From positions 2,976,001 to 3,040,000 of the forward strand of contig JAUPSS010000001.1 in NCBI GenBank assembly GCA_040285825.1: a stretch of 64,000 nucleotides of DNA, written 5' to 3'. The notes beneath the pieces are model-generated. The model saw nothing but the letters and a program-made list of their open reading frames with translations. It was not told where the DNA came from and did no database searches. This document shows positions 26,430-38,181 of the stretch, piece after piece. A program made the position numbers and the translations under genes. Every line of letters begins with the position of its first letter. Positions within the stretch are counted from its first letter, which is position 1. The stretch is from Eukaryota sp. TZLM1-RC (Eukaryota; Protista; Metamonada: BaSk clade).

Positions 26430-28100
26430 ATGTCGGGCTCACATCCTGATAGCTTCATCTGTGATATTCATGGTTCACTTTTGCACGACCCTGTTCTCTT
26501 TCCAGGATGTGGTCATACTTTCTGTAATGATTGTATAACTAAATGGGTTCACATCAATCCCACATGTCCTTCATGCAGAACTAAACTTAAAGATCAAAAG
26601 TTAACTCCAAATCTTCGGTTAACTGACGTCATGTCTGAGGTTCTTCGTCCTAGAACAATACGAACTTCCGATCTATCCGATCTATCTGTTCTTTCCCGGA
26701 CTCCTCGTGCAGTTATTGAATCTGGAACTTTCAATGGAAGACCAATAGTGTTCAAACAACCCTATTTTACCAAAGACAATGAGGAAAAGCTGTACCAATC
26801 CGTAACTCGTGTTTATCAAGCTTTTCAAGCGATGGACTGCCCCTCCAGTGTTGTAGGCATATTGGGTATTACCACCAGCCCTCCTGGTGTCATTCAGGAA
26901 AAACTTGACTTATCACTCCAAATGTGCTTTGATCAAAAGAGAAGAGTGTCAACCAGGGAAGCACTAATCATTGCCGAAGATATAGCAATGGCACTTTTAT
27001 CATTTCATTCAGTAGGTTTTGTTCATCGTGATGTTTCAGCTGGTAATGTTTTTCTTAAGATTAGAGGCAATCAAGTGATCGGGGCAAAATTAGGTGACTT
27101 TGATGAAGTTCGAAGTACTGAAGTTACTCTAACTCAACCAGGATTGGGTACGGTTGCGTATGTTGCTCCTGAAGTAATGTCTGGTAAGAATATGAAAGCA
27201 AATGTTGCATCAGATGTCTTTTCATTTGGTGTCCTTTTATGGGCACTTTTTACCAACACTGACCCTTCTAGAGTGGTGGATAATGTCCATCAATTCAATT
27301 ACAAAAGAGTGGAGAAGGAGGGGGCAGCACTCATTGATTTAGAATTATTAAAAAAACCTTTAAAATCAATGATTACTTCAATGGTTAGTCTTAATGAGAC
27401 TAGCCGTCCATTGATTAGAGAAATTGCGGAACAAATTCAAGGGATTCATAGAGAATTCAACCCTATTAGTGAGGGGGAGTTGATTTCGAAAGTTCAAAAG
27501 ATGCAGGAGGATATTGTTCAACAACAAAGTTTAATCAAGGATTTAAGAGAACAAAATGCCATTCTTGAGTCTAAACTTTCAAGACATTCTAATGAAAATG
27601 TAACATCCACAACTCCAGGCTCCACCTCCCCCTCTCCCATCACTTCTGGTGGGGAGGAGGAGGAATCGACTTGTGACAAATCTTTTGTCAATTCAAATGA
27701 TGATTCTTTAAAAAGGCCACGTGTTGGTCTTAAGCCTGAGGAGGGTAGTCAGCTTGGTGACAACGAGGTCAAGAACTGCACAGATGATTTAATGGTTGAT
27801 AATCGCTTCAGTCAGTCATGTCCTTATGTGAAACCTCAACCCTCAGTCAATGATCCACAAACCATTAGTAATTCATCCATAGGTGATCATCATTCTCAAC
27901 AAGAAGGTCCAACCAAACGTTTTCATCATGAGAATGCAATTGCAAATACCCCCAATAGTGTAAAGGTTGGCAATCCTCTGAAAAAACCTACGTTTTCTCC
28001 CCTGGTTATAAGAAATTCCCCATATGGCAAACTCAGAAAACCAATGGGAGCACCACAACGGAAATGTGTGCTCAACACATCAAGATTATTTGAGGATTAG
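26430..28100 (+). CDS. RING-finger plus Ser/Thr (TKL-like) protein kinase
   Basis: C..H...PV...CGHTFC..C.......CP.CR RING, then HRDVSAGN, LGDFD, GT.AY.APE, DVFSFG, followed by a coiled coil and disordered tail. Confidence 0.88.
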   Translation: MSGSHPDSFICDIHGSLLHDPVLFPGCGHTFCNDCITKWVHINPTCPSCRTKLKDQKLTPNLRLTDVMSEVLRPRTIRTSDLSDLSVLSRTPRAVIESGTFNGRPIVFKQPYFTKDNEEKLYQSVTRVYQAFQAMDCPSSVVGILGITTSPPGVIQEKLDLSLQMCFDQKRRVSTREALIIAEDIAMALLSFHSVGFVHRDVSAGNVFLKIRGNQVIGAKLGDFDEVRSTEVTLTQPGLGTVAYVAPEVMSGKNMKANVASDVFSFGVLLWALFTNTDPSRVVDNVHQFNYKRVEKEGAALIDLELLKKPLKSMITSMVSLNETSRPLIREIAEQIQGIHREFNPISEGELISKVQKMQEDIVQQQSLIKDLREQNAILESKLSRHSNENVTSTTPGSTSPSPITSGGEEEESTCDKSFVNSNDDSLKRPRVGLKPEEGSQLGDNEVKNCTDDLMVDNRFSQSCPYVKPQPSVNDPQTISNSSIGDHHSQQEGPTKRFHHENAIANTPNSVKVGNPLKKPTFSPLVIRNSPYGKLRKPMGAPQRKCVLNTSRLFED

Positions 28101-28519
28101 GAGGAAGGGTGATTTGGCAACAAAATATTATGGGGTTAGCTGTTTTTTTGGTTCAAAGTTTTTTGCAGTTTGTTATTTATTGAATGGTGGATTTAGATTG
28201 ACAAACATTGTTGAAAATTGAGGTTTTTATTATTTATTCTGATCATTTCTTCATTTGACTTGATTTTAAAACAGTTTAAATAAATTCCATTTAATTTGAA
28301 GCAAAGTAATTTAATTTAAGTTTATGATAATCATGTGTCAAAGTGTGGTAACCTCAATGTTTGGTATTAGCTTTTGACATAAAAAATTGAAAATAATTGG
28401 TCTTTTTTTGATTCAATGGGAATAATTGAAATTTGTTTTCATTAATAAGTCCATTTCATCTTCAGCTGAGCACTATTGAGATTTTCAACTTTAAGTGTGA
28501 GTGTATTGGAATAATCCAA

Positions 28520-28603
28520 TCTTGGTTCAATGATATTCGTCCCTTTAGTTATGAATTAATTTAATGATGTGTGCATGTTCAATCAATAATTTTTTTTGAA
28601 AAA
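28520..28603 (+). mobile_element. Ultra-short 3'-tail-only insertion of family D retrotransposon
   Basis: Matches the 15312-15385 3' end. Near-duplicated flanks aataatccaa (28510-28519) and aataattcaa (28604-28613). Confidence 0.65.
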
Positions 28604-28679
28604 AATAATTCAACTGTTGGAAATTGAAATTTCTGATCAATAACTCAAATCAACCTCCTACTCCTCTACTTGTTGGTGC

Positions 28680-31247
28680 ATGAACTGTCCTCATTGTCAT
28701 GGGACTTTTGACTTGGTTTCTGACTTACCCATGTTAATCTGTCTTGATGGTCACACAACTTGCACCAAGTGCGCTAATGTCCTTGAATTTTGTCCGATTT
28801 GTACCAACATAACACTGTTCCCTCCCAGAATCAACCACTCGCTTGTAGATCATCTCTCAAATCTTCACCATGAAGAAGTTTGTCCTGTCATCCCTGAAGA
28901 AAGTTTGGAATTCGATGAAACATGTGATGAAATTGGCAGAGGTGGATGTGCTGTTGTGTACGCTGCCAAGTGGTCTGGCCTTGACGTAGCTATTAAACTC
29001 GCTACAATCACTGTAGAAGGACAAGATCAACTACGCAAAGAGCTTGGCCTGCTAATTAAAATGAATAATCCTGGAATACTAAGAGTTTTTGGCATTTGTT
29101 TTATCAACAGCAAGGTTGGAATAGTTATGGAAAGAGCCAACCATTCGTTAATTGTACCTTCTGGACTGACAAAGAAAACCTTGACCTATGCCAAGGATAT
29201 CTGTAATGCTGTTCGTTTTCTACATTCAAAGTCTGTAGTCCATGGAGATTTAAAGCCCGAGAACGTTTTGATGGTTCAAGGTGTTGTCAGAATAGCAGAT
29301 TTTGGTACCTCTCGCATCATCAAAAGCACGGTTGACATTAATCCACAGTCAAAACAGATGATTACTCCCAAATACGCTCCTCCAGAAGCTTTTGATAATC
29401 AAGTCGTCAAGGAAGGCGATGTTTATTCACTTGCTCTAATTTTGTATGAGATGCTTACTGATAGGAGTGCTTTCAAAGGATTACGCACTTATGAAGCTTT
29501 GTATGGTGCTAAATACAGAGAAGAGGGGCTCCTTTTTGACCATGCATTTCCTCAGCAGTTACAGATGGTGCTGAACAGATCGTGTGTGAGGAACCCTTTT
29601 GACAGACCTACGATAGAAGAAATCCTCAATTGTTTGGATGAAGTAACTCATTATGTTGAGCAAAGTGAACTGGAAGTCATCAATTGTTGTTCATCAAATC
29701 AAAATGAACAATTGAGACTAGAGATGCAGCAACTTGGGCGTAATTATGATGAATTGCAACAACACAATAATGGACTACGAACAGATCTTGATAATTCAAG
29801 AAACGAAGTTGTGCAGCTGAAGCAAACAATTTCAAATCTCACGGCACAAGTGACCACGCTGACAGAGGATAAGGAAAGACTTTCAAACCTTGTAACTGAA
29901 AAAGAAGACTCGGTTTCAAGTAGTGCTCAAGAAGTAGACCGCCTCAAAAGTGTCATTATCAACAAAAATTCACGATTTCAGCAGACAATCAGGCAAAAAA
30001 ATGAGGAGCTCGAAAAGTATCAAAATTCATCCTTGAAAATGGAGAAAACCATTCAACAACTCAATGAGCAGAATGCGAAACTAAACAATTTGAACAAGGA
30101 ATTGGAGTCTGTCAATCATGAACAAGCTCAAAAACTTGATGAGTCAAGAAGATTAAGTGCAGAAACTGAAAATAATAGAGAACAAAACATTACTGAATTA
30201 GAAAAAGGAAATTCTGATTTGAGAAAAAATTTCTGGGAAAAGGAAACTCCTGCTGAACTTCTTGCTTTAGGAAGAAAACTGTTGGAGGGAGGGAGGGAGA
30301 CTGAAGAGTCAAGTAGCCCTAGGGTTAATAAGGCAATAGTTCAGGAAACTGATGCTGTTGTTGAACTTTTTGATGATGAAGAACATGAATTACCCAAGCT
30401 CCAATCAAATAGTTCAAGTGAAGCACAACTAGAATCACCCCTTAAAGGAGATGAAATTCTCGTTGGTCTTGAAAATGATGAAGATTCAGAGCCCGTGCAA
30501 AATCCATTAAATTTGAAAATTTCGATTGAAAATTTCGATGTTCGCCAACATAGTGATATTCCGCCACGTGTACCTTCCCCTCATGATGTGCCTCGAGGTT
30601 CACGTTATGAAATATCAGAACGACAGTTGAGGGAGGGAATTGGGGGTCGTTATCCAAGGTCAATTGCAGTAAATCCAATACCAACTACATTTGAGGAGCG
30701 ATTGGCTCAAATCAGAAATTCGCGCATTTCAAATCGCAATCGTGATAGCAATGTTGACTCTCATCGCAATCGAAATCATGACCAATTATTCAGTGAACAA
30801 AGACCATCACAGTCAACCAGTGAAGCTTCCTCTTTACCTAGACTTCCTCGTAGAATGGTTAGTTATAACAGAACTCCGAGTGACTTCCACAGAGCAGCCG
30901 CAACTCGCGATCATTTCGCTTCCTCTCCTGATAGGTCTTCTAATTCACACAATGCTGATTTTCGCAGTATTCCAGACAGTCAATCCATAGCTTCGCGTAC
31001 CAGAAGTAATGTTTTCTCCAATCAATCAAGATTGGGTGTCCATGAAAGACTTTATAGATCACACACTCAAGCATCGAGGCCGCTTCAACAAAATAGAGGT
31101 CCATTTATTCCTAATGAGGCACATTTCACGAAATTAATGTCTATGGGCTTTATTGAGAATGATATTGAGATTGCTTTAAGAAGAACTAATAACAATCTGG
31201 AACGGGCTCTTGAGCTTCTTTTGGCTGGATTTTCTTTGAATGTGTAA
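28680..31247 (+). CDS. RING - TKL kinase - coiled coil - UBA protein
   Basis: CPHC...PMLIC.DGHTTC..C......CP.C; GRGGCAVVY, VAIK, HGDLKPEN, DFG, PPE; long coiled coil; C-terminal LMSMGF.....ALRRTNNNLERALELL UBA. Confidence 0.92.
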   Translation: MNCPHCHGTFDLVSDLPMLICLDGHTTCTKCANVLEFCPICTNITLFPPRINHSLVDHLSNLHHEEVCPVIPEESLEFDETCDEIGRGGCAVVYAAKWSGLDVAIKLATITVEGQDQLRKELGLLIKMNNPGILRVFGICFINSKVGIVMERANHSLIVPSGLTKKTLTYAKDICNAVRFLHSKSVVHGDLKPENVLMVQGVVRIADFGTSRIIKSTVDINPQSKQMITPKYAPPEAFDNQVVKEGDVYSLALILYEMLTDRSAFKGLRTYEALYGAKYREEGLLFDHAFPQQLQMVLNRSCVRNPFDRPTIEEILNCLDEVTHYVEQSELEVINCCSSNQNEQLRLEMQQLGRNYDELQQHNNGLRTDLDNSRNEVVQLKQTISNLTAQVTTLTEDKERLSNLVTEKEDSVSSSAQEVDRLKSVIINKNSRFQQTIRQKNEELEKYQNSSLKMEKTIQQLNEQNAKLNNLNKELESVNHEQAQKLDESRRLSAETENNREQNITELEKGNSDLRKNFWEKETPAELLALGRKLLEGGRETEESSSPRVNKAIVQETDAVVELFDDEEHELPKLQSNSSSEAQLESPLKGDEILVGLENDEDSEPVQNPLNLKISIENFDVRQHSDIPPRVPSPHDVPRGSRYEISERQLREGIGGRYPRSIAVNPIPTTFEERLAQIRNSRISNRNRDSNVDSHRNRNHDQLFSEQRPSQSTSEASSLPRLPRRMVSYNRTPSDFHRAAATRDHFASSPDRSSNSHNADFRSIPDSQSIASRTRSNVFSNQSRLGVHERLYRSHTQASRPLQQNRGPFIPNEAHFTKLMSMGFIENDIEIALRRTNNNLERALELLLAGFSLNV

Positions 31248-31546
31248 ATGCTTTTAATAAACAATTTCTTTCAGTTTGTGTACTGTCCCAATAGCACATC
31301 AGCAGCTCATGAATTGCTCTCTTTTAAAAAAATCTTCACATGCCAACATAATTTTAATTCAGAATGACACTCTACAAAACATACAAAATCAGCTAGTTGA
31401 CGGGCTGACTACTGAATCCAAAGTCATTTCACTACAAAGTGGTAGTAAAGATGCCACTTGACTTGAAGTATTGAATAAGTGAAGACTAAATATATACAAA
31501 TTTATTATAAAGAAAAACAGTGTAACTTTGTGAAATTTGAGTAAAG

Positions 31547-33228
31547 TTAACGCAATCTAGAAGCACCTGAATGACTTCCAGAATTACGTACACCATGAAG
31601 AAAAACTTCACCGGTAGAGCCTCGTCGAACGTTGTTCTGAGCGGGATCTGCACCTTGAAACCAACGAAGGGGTGAAGAGGAAGTGTTGGGATCAATCGCT
31701 TGAACCGCATCCTCAATCACTTGATCTAGAAAAGTTGAATCAAGATAACATTTTTCAATTTCTTCCCAACTTAAAGCCAAAATCATTCCAGTTATTTGAT
31801 CAGCAAAGTCTGAACACCTAAACTCTACTAATGGAAAGAGGCAATTTCCCATGGCCTCGAACCGGGATGATTCATCCTCAAGTGATCTCAAAGCATCAAG
31901 AAATTTCTTCTTGTAATCCAAAGAGTCTTTCTTGATAAAGTTCAACTGAGTGAGTGATTCATTGACAGAGCCAAATAACCAAACCTGTAGTGGTTGGTCA
32001 GCATTGGCAATAACTTTACCATTAAGATTATAACAAGCTGCACGAGCTTCTTCTGCAGATTCAAAGGTAACAAACCCAAATTTGCGGGAATCTCCTGCAA
32101 ATGTCTTCATCAAGACCGCCGCACTCACTGTGCCATATGGACAAACTAATTCCTCCAACAATTCATCCGTAAAAGTTAAAGGCAAATTGTAAATCCAAAG
32201 ATTACAGTCAGCGTTTAACTGAATTTCTTTTAAATCAGGAATTTCCCGGCTTGGTTTCTTTTTCTTGAGAGATTTAGAAAGATCATTTTGTTGGAATACT
32301 GTCACATTAATCTGTTGACAATCTAAATAAGTTTCATTTAGACGTTTAATCGCTTCAACAGCTTCGTTCATTGATCCAAAACGAATAAAACCAAACTTTT
32401 TGTTGGCTTTTCTGTCTACTTTCAGCATACATGACTGTATAGTGCGACTACCACCAGAAGCGATAGTTTTGAATTCGTTTTCAGAGAGTGACATTGGAAG
32501 ATTCTTGAATAAAACGTTATTAATACTTGGAACCTCACCAACTACTCTATATCGTTTAACAGGAGGCACAAACTTTTTAACAGAAAGAGTGCATCTGGAA
32601 TTGGAATCTTCGTCAATGACAACCTCCTTCCCATCCAAGTGCTCAATAGCCTTCTGCGGGGCTTGTTCTCCTTGAAGATGAACATAGCCATATCCTTGGC
32701 TTTGGTGACGGTCATCCACTACCACTTTGGATCGAATCACAGAACCAAAGCTGGAAAACATGTCACCTAGATCAGAGGAGGAAACATCTGGAGGAAGGTT
32801 CTTGATGAAGAGATTACCAATGATATCATTACAGCTTTCCTTAGCGCTTCCTTGGGAGAACGAAAGACGGCATGGTTTGCCGTGGAACTTGGTACCTTGG
32901 AGTTGATCCAAAGCAACTTGTGCATCATCAGCAGTGTTGAACTTTACATATGCACAACCCAGGGGTTCACCCTTGGGGCTTTGCAATATAAAGACGTTAG
33001 AGACCTCACCAACTTGGGAAAATACTTGACAAAGTTCGAGCTCTGATGTTTCGGGGGATAAATTTCCGATGTAAAGGGTGTTGGACTTTGTCTGTAGGAA
33101 ATCATAGGCTGGTCTCCAGTTTTGGATGAAGTGGGAACTGCGCCGTGATCTATTGGTTGCTGGTTTACATCTGTGGTCTGAGTCTGATGCAAAAAGCTTC
33201 CAATAAGATCGCTGTCAGATTCGGACAT
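31547..33228 (-). CDS. PABP: Polyadenylate-binding protein-like (4 RRMs plus MLLE/PABC domain)
   Basis: Four RRMs (RRM1 NTLYIGNL lies upstream of the listed ORF in the same frame) and G..LFPLV.....A.QITGMIL.L MLLE. Joining to ATG 33228 needs either a 77-nt GT..AG intron (about 33092-33168) or a 1-nt indel. Confidence 0.85.
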
Positions 33229-33454
33229 CGGCGAATAGCACAGTAATACCAAGAAGTATTATTGTCGGGTGTATTGATACAAATTCTGACTTGAAAATCG
33301 CTTTTTTAGTGGATTGGTTTCACAAATTTAGTCTTGTAACAGACACATTTTAAAACTCAACCAAAAAACCTTAAATAATGCTTTTAGCTACTCAATCCAT
33401 ATCAATTGAATGACAAGAGATTTTCGCTATTCACTTGAATAGCAACTCCGTTGT

Positions 33455-33950
33455 TAAATCTGTTTGAAGCTGAAGTTGACTTTCACAAGAATAATAGAGG
33501 TGATGTCAAGTTACCTGGATTAGATGAAACCTTCATTTTAGTGGATATAAAGTCTGTTCATCCTTGTAATGGCTCAAATTAAGGGCTTGCTAATTCTGAA
33601 ATTCAGAGTCCTCTTTCAAATGCTGACAATTTAAAAATCAAAATATACAGTGGACCTTTGTCCAAATTGTCCACCCAACAGCACGCAAAATACAATTTGT
33701 TTTTATTTGTATTTTCTCTATTTGGTTCACTTGCTCCCACGGCTATACGCCTTTTGGCAGATTTTGAAATGATTGTAAAGAGAAAAACCAACAGAAATGT
33801 CAACTGATTGTTTTGGCAAAATACAATTGTGTTTTCAATTTTTAAGGGAATGTTGAAGATGGTTTCTGATGCTTTGCCTTCTCATGGATCTCACTATGAG
33901 GGAGTTGCATCTATTGTTTTTGTTTTGGGAGAGATGGATTCTTTAGATGT
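33455..33950 (+). mobile_element. Decayed CRE-like retrotransposon 3' fragment (family C)
   Basis: Nucleotide similarity to 8873-9525 and 50715-51265. Confidence 0.8.
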
Positions 33951-33954
33951 TGAA

Positions 33955-34647
33955 CAACAACTCCTCTCAACAACTGCCTGAAGTTAACAAACATAGGAAC
34001 CCTTTTAATAAAGGTGACTTAGTTTTGCGATTAAAGACTAATGGTAAACTCCATGGTTGCTTCGCTGGCCCTTTTCTCGTTGAAGAAGTTAAATCCAATA
34101 AAAGTTTATTACTCAAGAATCTTGTCACTGGTTCGATGTCTACGGCAAGTATAAATAATTGTAAACTATACCTTTCAGACTTCCCTAAAGAAGATCTTGA
34201 TTGGCATAAGAATATTTCTGCTGCCGATATGGAAAAATCTGTAATCGTTAAAATTATAGATCACTTTGATTACGTAGATTCGAACAATAATAAAGTTCCT
34301 TATTGTACCGCAGTTTGGTATGGCGGCGAGACTTCGTCTGTCCCAGTTGCTGACGTCAAAAGCACTGAGGCATATCAAACATATTTGCGCTCTATTAGTC
34401 CTCACACTACCAGGAAACGGAAGGTATCTTCTAATTCCAAATCTAAGACTAATTCCCCTGCAGTCAGTACTTGTAGCTCTCGTTCGAGATCTAAGAGAGG
34501 GAAAAGGTAGTGTTGTACTGTGGACAATTAGTCTAGTACATTTATATTTATAGTTCACTAGTGATGGCCTTTATAAGGGCCGGTGAAATTCTAATAAATT
34601 ATTCCTTATTCTTTGTTATCATATATGGATAAAGCATCACCATTATA
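33955..34647 (+). mobile_element. 3' end of a second Ty3/Gypsy chromovirus family: integrase tail, PPT and LTR
   Basis: NPFNKGDLVL...KLHG.FAGPF and chromodomain-like VIVKIIDH...WYGGETS. Purine tract ends at 34510. LTR 34511-34647 starts TGTT and ends catcaccattata, like the catcaccattaca end at 17413-17425. Confidence 0.8.
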
Positions 34648-34654
34648 TCTGATC

Positions 34655-34980
34655 AAATTCTATTTTTTTCTATTTTTGGTACTTTAGGCAGGGAAGAACT
34701 ATCTTTCTTGAATAATTTAGGCAGTTTCTTAAAAGACTCAGGACGTTCTTTTGATCAACTTATTTGGAAGAACAGAATTGTTTTCTCACTCTTTAAGGCT
34801 CTACCACGTTATTTTAACTCAATACTTTCAAGTATTACTGAGTTTCACAATGTACGTGCTCATGAACCCGTAAATAGTGAGAATCTACCTTCATTCTGTT
34901 AGTGATCACTTATTTAGAATATTGCTTTGCATTGTTGTTGTTTATAGTAATCTTGTTTGTATTCTTGAAATAAAGCCAAT
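34655..34980 (+). mobile_element. CRE-like retrotransposon 3' remnant
   Basis: FSIFG.LG and WKNRIVFSLFKALP.Y C-terminal signature shared with 55305-55958 and 56690-57180. Confidence 0.65.
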
Positions 34981-35395
34981 ATCAGTTAGTATTGCAGTAT
35001 TTCATTTCTGTATATTGTAAAACAATACAAACTATTATTGTCTAAATGTTTCTAGAAATCTGATGTTCTAATTTGTTGAATATCACAGGATGAATTTCAT
35101 GCTAAAGTATTACTTTTGAGTTGACGAGCATCACTCTTGTTTATCAAAAACTTGAGACTTTCTGAAATGTTTTTGTTGAATTACTGAAAAATCATTTATA
35201 ATTTGGGTTGGAACTGACACAATCAACTGATAATAAAAACAAATAAATCAACTTTATTAACAATTTTATATCGGACAAATGATCAATTCCATAGTACAAG
35301 ATGAGACAATTCGTGGTTGACAAAACTTTGCAGAATTTCACACACCAACATCTTCACACAAAACCAGAAAGTTACCAAAAAATTCGAAAAACCCT

Positions 35396-36133
35396 CTATG
35401 ATCGATAAAAACTAACAAGCCTATAATACAATTCCTTTTGTTCTTGAGGTAGAGCATCAATCTGCTCCTGGGTAGCTGCCAATAGCTGATTGACAACATT
35501 CTCGTATTGGTCTGGAGGTAAATGTGCCAATTCTGGTAACACTCTTCTGGTGGGAGGACCTGGTGGAGGATGGTGTGCAGAGGTAGGAGGAGCATGAGGA
35601 GCAACAGAAGGAGCTTGTACAGGTTGATCATCAATCACTGGTAGCTGGACAGATGACAAAAAGTCTAGTAGGGGAACAGAAGCGTTTTGAGCAAAACCTT
35701 GGGAATAGAGGGCAGAAAGAACGGCGTATGCAAGTTTAGGGTTGGAGAGAAGGTACTGACGGGCTAGATTTCTATTTGTCTTGGCGATTTGCTGCATTTG
35801 AAAGAGAAACTCTAATACTTTGGCTTGTGACAGAGTTTCTGATTCCAACGGTTCCCCATCAGCAGTTCGTTGGGCTTCTACAGGCTTATCGGCATCAGCA
35901 TAACCAACACGAAGTTGACGACCTCTATGTTCCCTCTTGTCAAGCTTCCGTATGGCTAAATGGGCAGATGCTTCGTTGTTATACTCAACGAAGCCAAAGC
36001 CTTTGGGTTTACCTGTATCATGATCTGTTACGAGATTAAAATTAGTCACTGTTCCTGCTTCGGAGAAGATATCCAAGATTTCATCACGAGTAGATTCAAA
36101 GGCGATGTTACCTACAAAAACAGTATGTACCAT
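35396..36133 (-). CDS. CSTF2: Cleavage stimulation factor 64-kDa subunit (CstF-64/Rna15)
   Basis: N-terminal RRM (VFVGNI, TGKPKGFGFVEY), hinge (ARQYLLSNPKLAYAVL) and C-terminal LL..TQEQIDALP.EQ domain. Confidence 0.92.
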   Translation of the reverse strand: MVHTVFVGNIAFESTRDEILDIFSEAGTVTNFNLVTDHDTGKPKGFGFVEYNNEASAHLAIRKLDKREHRGRQLRVGYADADKPVEAQRTADGEPLESETLSQAKVLEFLFQMQQIAKTNRNLARQYLLSNPKLAYAVLSALYSQGFAQNASVPLLDFLSSVQLPVIDDQPVQAPSVAPHAPPTSAHHPPPGPPTRRVLPELAHLPPDQYENVVNQLLAATQEQIDALPQEQKELYYRLVSFYRS

Positions 36134-36239
36134 TGATAAAAAGTGTAGCTAAAGAAGGAGTTACTCAGATTGGGAAAAGGTTCAAAAGTTAATGTAAGCA
36201 AAACAAATGGGTCAACATCAAAGACCTTCCTCTACACAT

Positions 36240-37050
36240 CAATGTTAGGATTTCGAACGTTTGGCCGAACTAGTTTTTGTTCATTTACACGTGTCAACAC
36301 TGTTTTGTTTAAAAATGTTTTCCCAAATCCCTATTTCAACTACTACAATAGATTTCATTGTTTAAAAATCTGTATTCATAGATAAATCCCCTTCTTTACA
36401 TCAACTTTCTTCAATGCCAAAGCACCCTGTTTACAAAATTCTAGACAACGTTAATTACGATAAAGTGTCCAAAAATATTGCTTCACAGTGCCGCTGCTGC
36501 AGTAAAATGCTAAAAGGTTCAGCCCGTCGCTTTTTCTCCCATTTCATTAAGGAGTATAGAGCTGGATATGCCTTATGTACTCAATTATCCACCATTTCTG
36601 TCAAGCATATAAACACTGTCCGTGTTCATGAAGGATATGATGCTCTTTTTGCTCCCGCAACTGAATCACTTGAAAGTCCTGCTCCTCGTCTCAAACAACC
36701 GCGAATTATTGATGCAATAAAGGACTGCGAAACAAATGATTTCAAACAAAATGCAGACGAACTTCTTACTAAATGGATATGTGCCTCTGAAGTTTCATTC
36801 AATTCTGTTATGCTTTCTGAATTTGAGCAGTTTGCCGACTTCATATCCTCGTCTCACTACCTTGTTTCTTCTGACACTTATTTAAAAAATAAAGTAGTTC
36901 CAGATATCAAAAACGGTCTCGAACAAGAATTATCTGGTTTTTTATCGTCTCTGACGAATGTAGGCTGTACACTTGTTTTTGATGGTTGGAAGGATGTAAA
37001 TGGTTCATCATTATTAAATATTCTTTTGGTAAGCAACACTTTCTCTTTCT
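36240..37050 (+). mobile_element. 5' half of a hAT DNA transposon (BED finger plus start of DDE transposase), truncated by a retrotransposon
   Basis: ORF from 36414 has a C..C...R...H...C BED finger, W......SFN.V...F..F and CTLVFDGW.D first catalytic Asp. Candidate left TIR caatgttagga at 36240-36250. Confidence 0.8.
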
Positions 37051-37920
37051 TTGTGATCCGAATATTTAAATATAATCTCATTTTTGTTACAAACGTTTTA
37101 TTATTAGCACACAGTCCAAATCTTCTTCGTAGAATGGTCACAAACAGTGAAGAATCTGATGACTTATTTTGACAAACACTTTTTTCCAATAACAAAGAGT
37201 GGAGATTTTGATTTAAAACAGCCGAGCTGCATATATTTTTATAAAGATCATTTTCATACATTCCGGTCAATCGTTTCTGTATTGTTCGAAGACTGTATTT
37301 TAAATTTAGATAATTCCTTTCTGGAATATTGCCATTGAATGATTGGGGAAAGCAGCGACTCCATTTTTCTACATCAAGTTTTGAAATTTCTTCATCTAGT
37401 ACAAAAATAGAAAATTTTTTTGAAATTTCTTCATTTAATGCAAAAACACTGGAACTTTGCGTTGTCATCATTAAATGTTCCCAATCTGCAAATCTTTCAG
37501 AAAACTCAAATATTGCATTTCTGCATCCACCAATAAAAGCACACGAAGTAAGAATAGAAGCCTTTGTCCAACCTAAACCGACATAATGTGGACTGAGATA
37601 AGCATGATCAGGAATATGGAACATTTTACATCCCAGTAATTGAGACAGAACTTTTGCACGTAATTCATTAAACTTCTGAGCCAAAGGCCTAGTGATAAGA
37701 GGAATTGTGGCTAGAATTATGTGATTAAAGTTGCAACTAAAACATAGCCTTATAATGGTAAATTTGATACGTTTCTGTATATCCAATTTCATCGTTTGGT
37801 CATTTTCTTCGGAAATTGAGTGTAACTTTTCAAACAATTCATTGGTAACTTGATCATTATTTCCTAAAAACGAACCCAGTGACGAATAGCATCAACTGAA
37901 CATAATTTTGCTTGAATTTC
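37050..37920 (-). mobile_element. Internal fragment of family D CRE-like retrotransposon
   Basis: High similarity to 18410-19030 (HAYLSP.Y.GLG.TK, AFIGG, TKMRLYLNI). Confidence 0.82.
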
Positions 37921-38181
37921 AATACCATTATCTATAGTAGAAACTGAAGAATTCGAGAGTTGTTGTTGTTTAATTTTGAATATTTTTTAATTTATTCAAA
38001 TTGTTGGACGGCTGTTAATTGTTGAAGAAATTGTCTGTGAGACACATCATGTTGACATTGTTGGGAGGATTCAAAATGAGATTTAATATTCGTGAATATT
38101 CTAATGTTTAACATTATATTTGAACCAAAAGAAGTTCAAATAGGGATAGATTTGGAAAATTTCATCAATCACAAATCTTCA

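Noticed and set aside
36878-37837. 319-aa ORF as an intact gene, and the 252-aa hAT ORF C-terminus
   Set aside because: Both are chimeric read-throughs across the hAT/retrotransposon junction near 37050.
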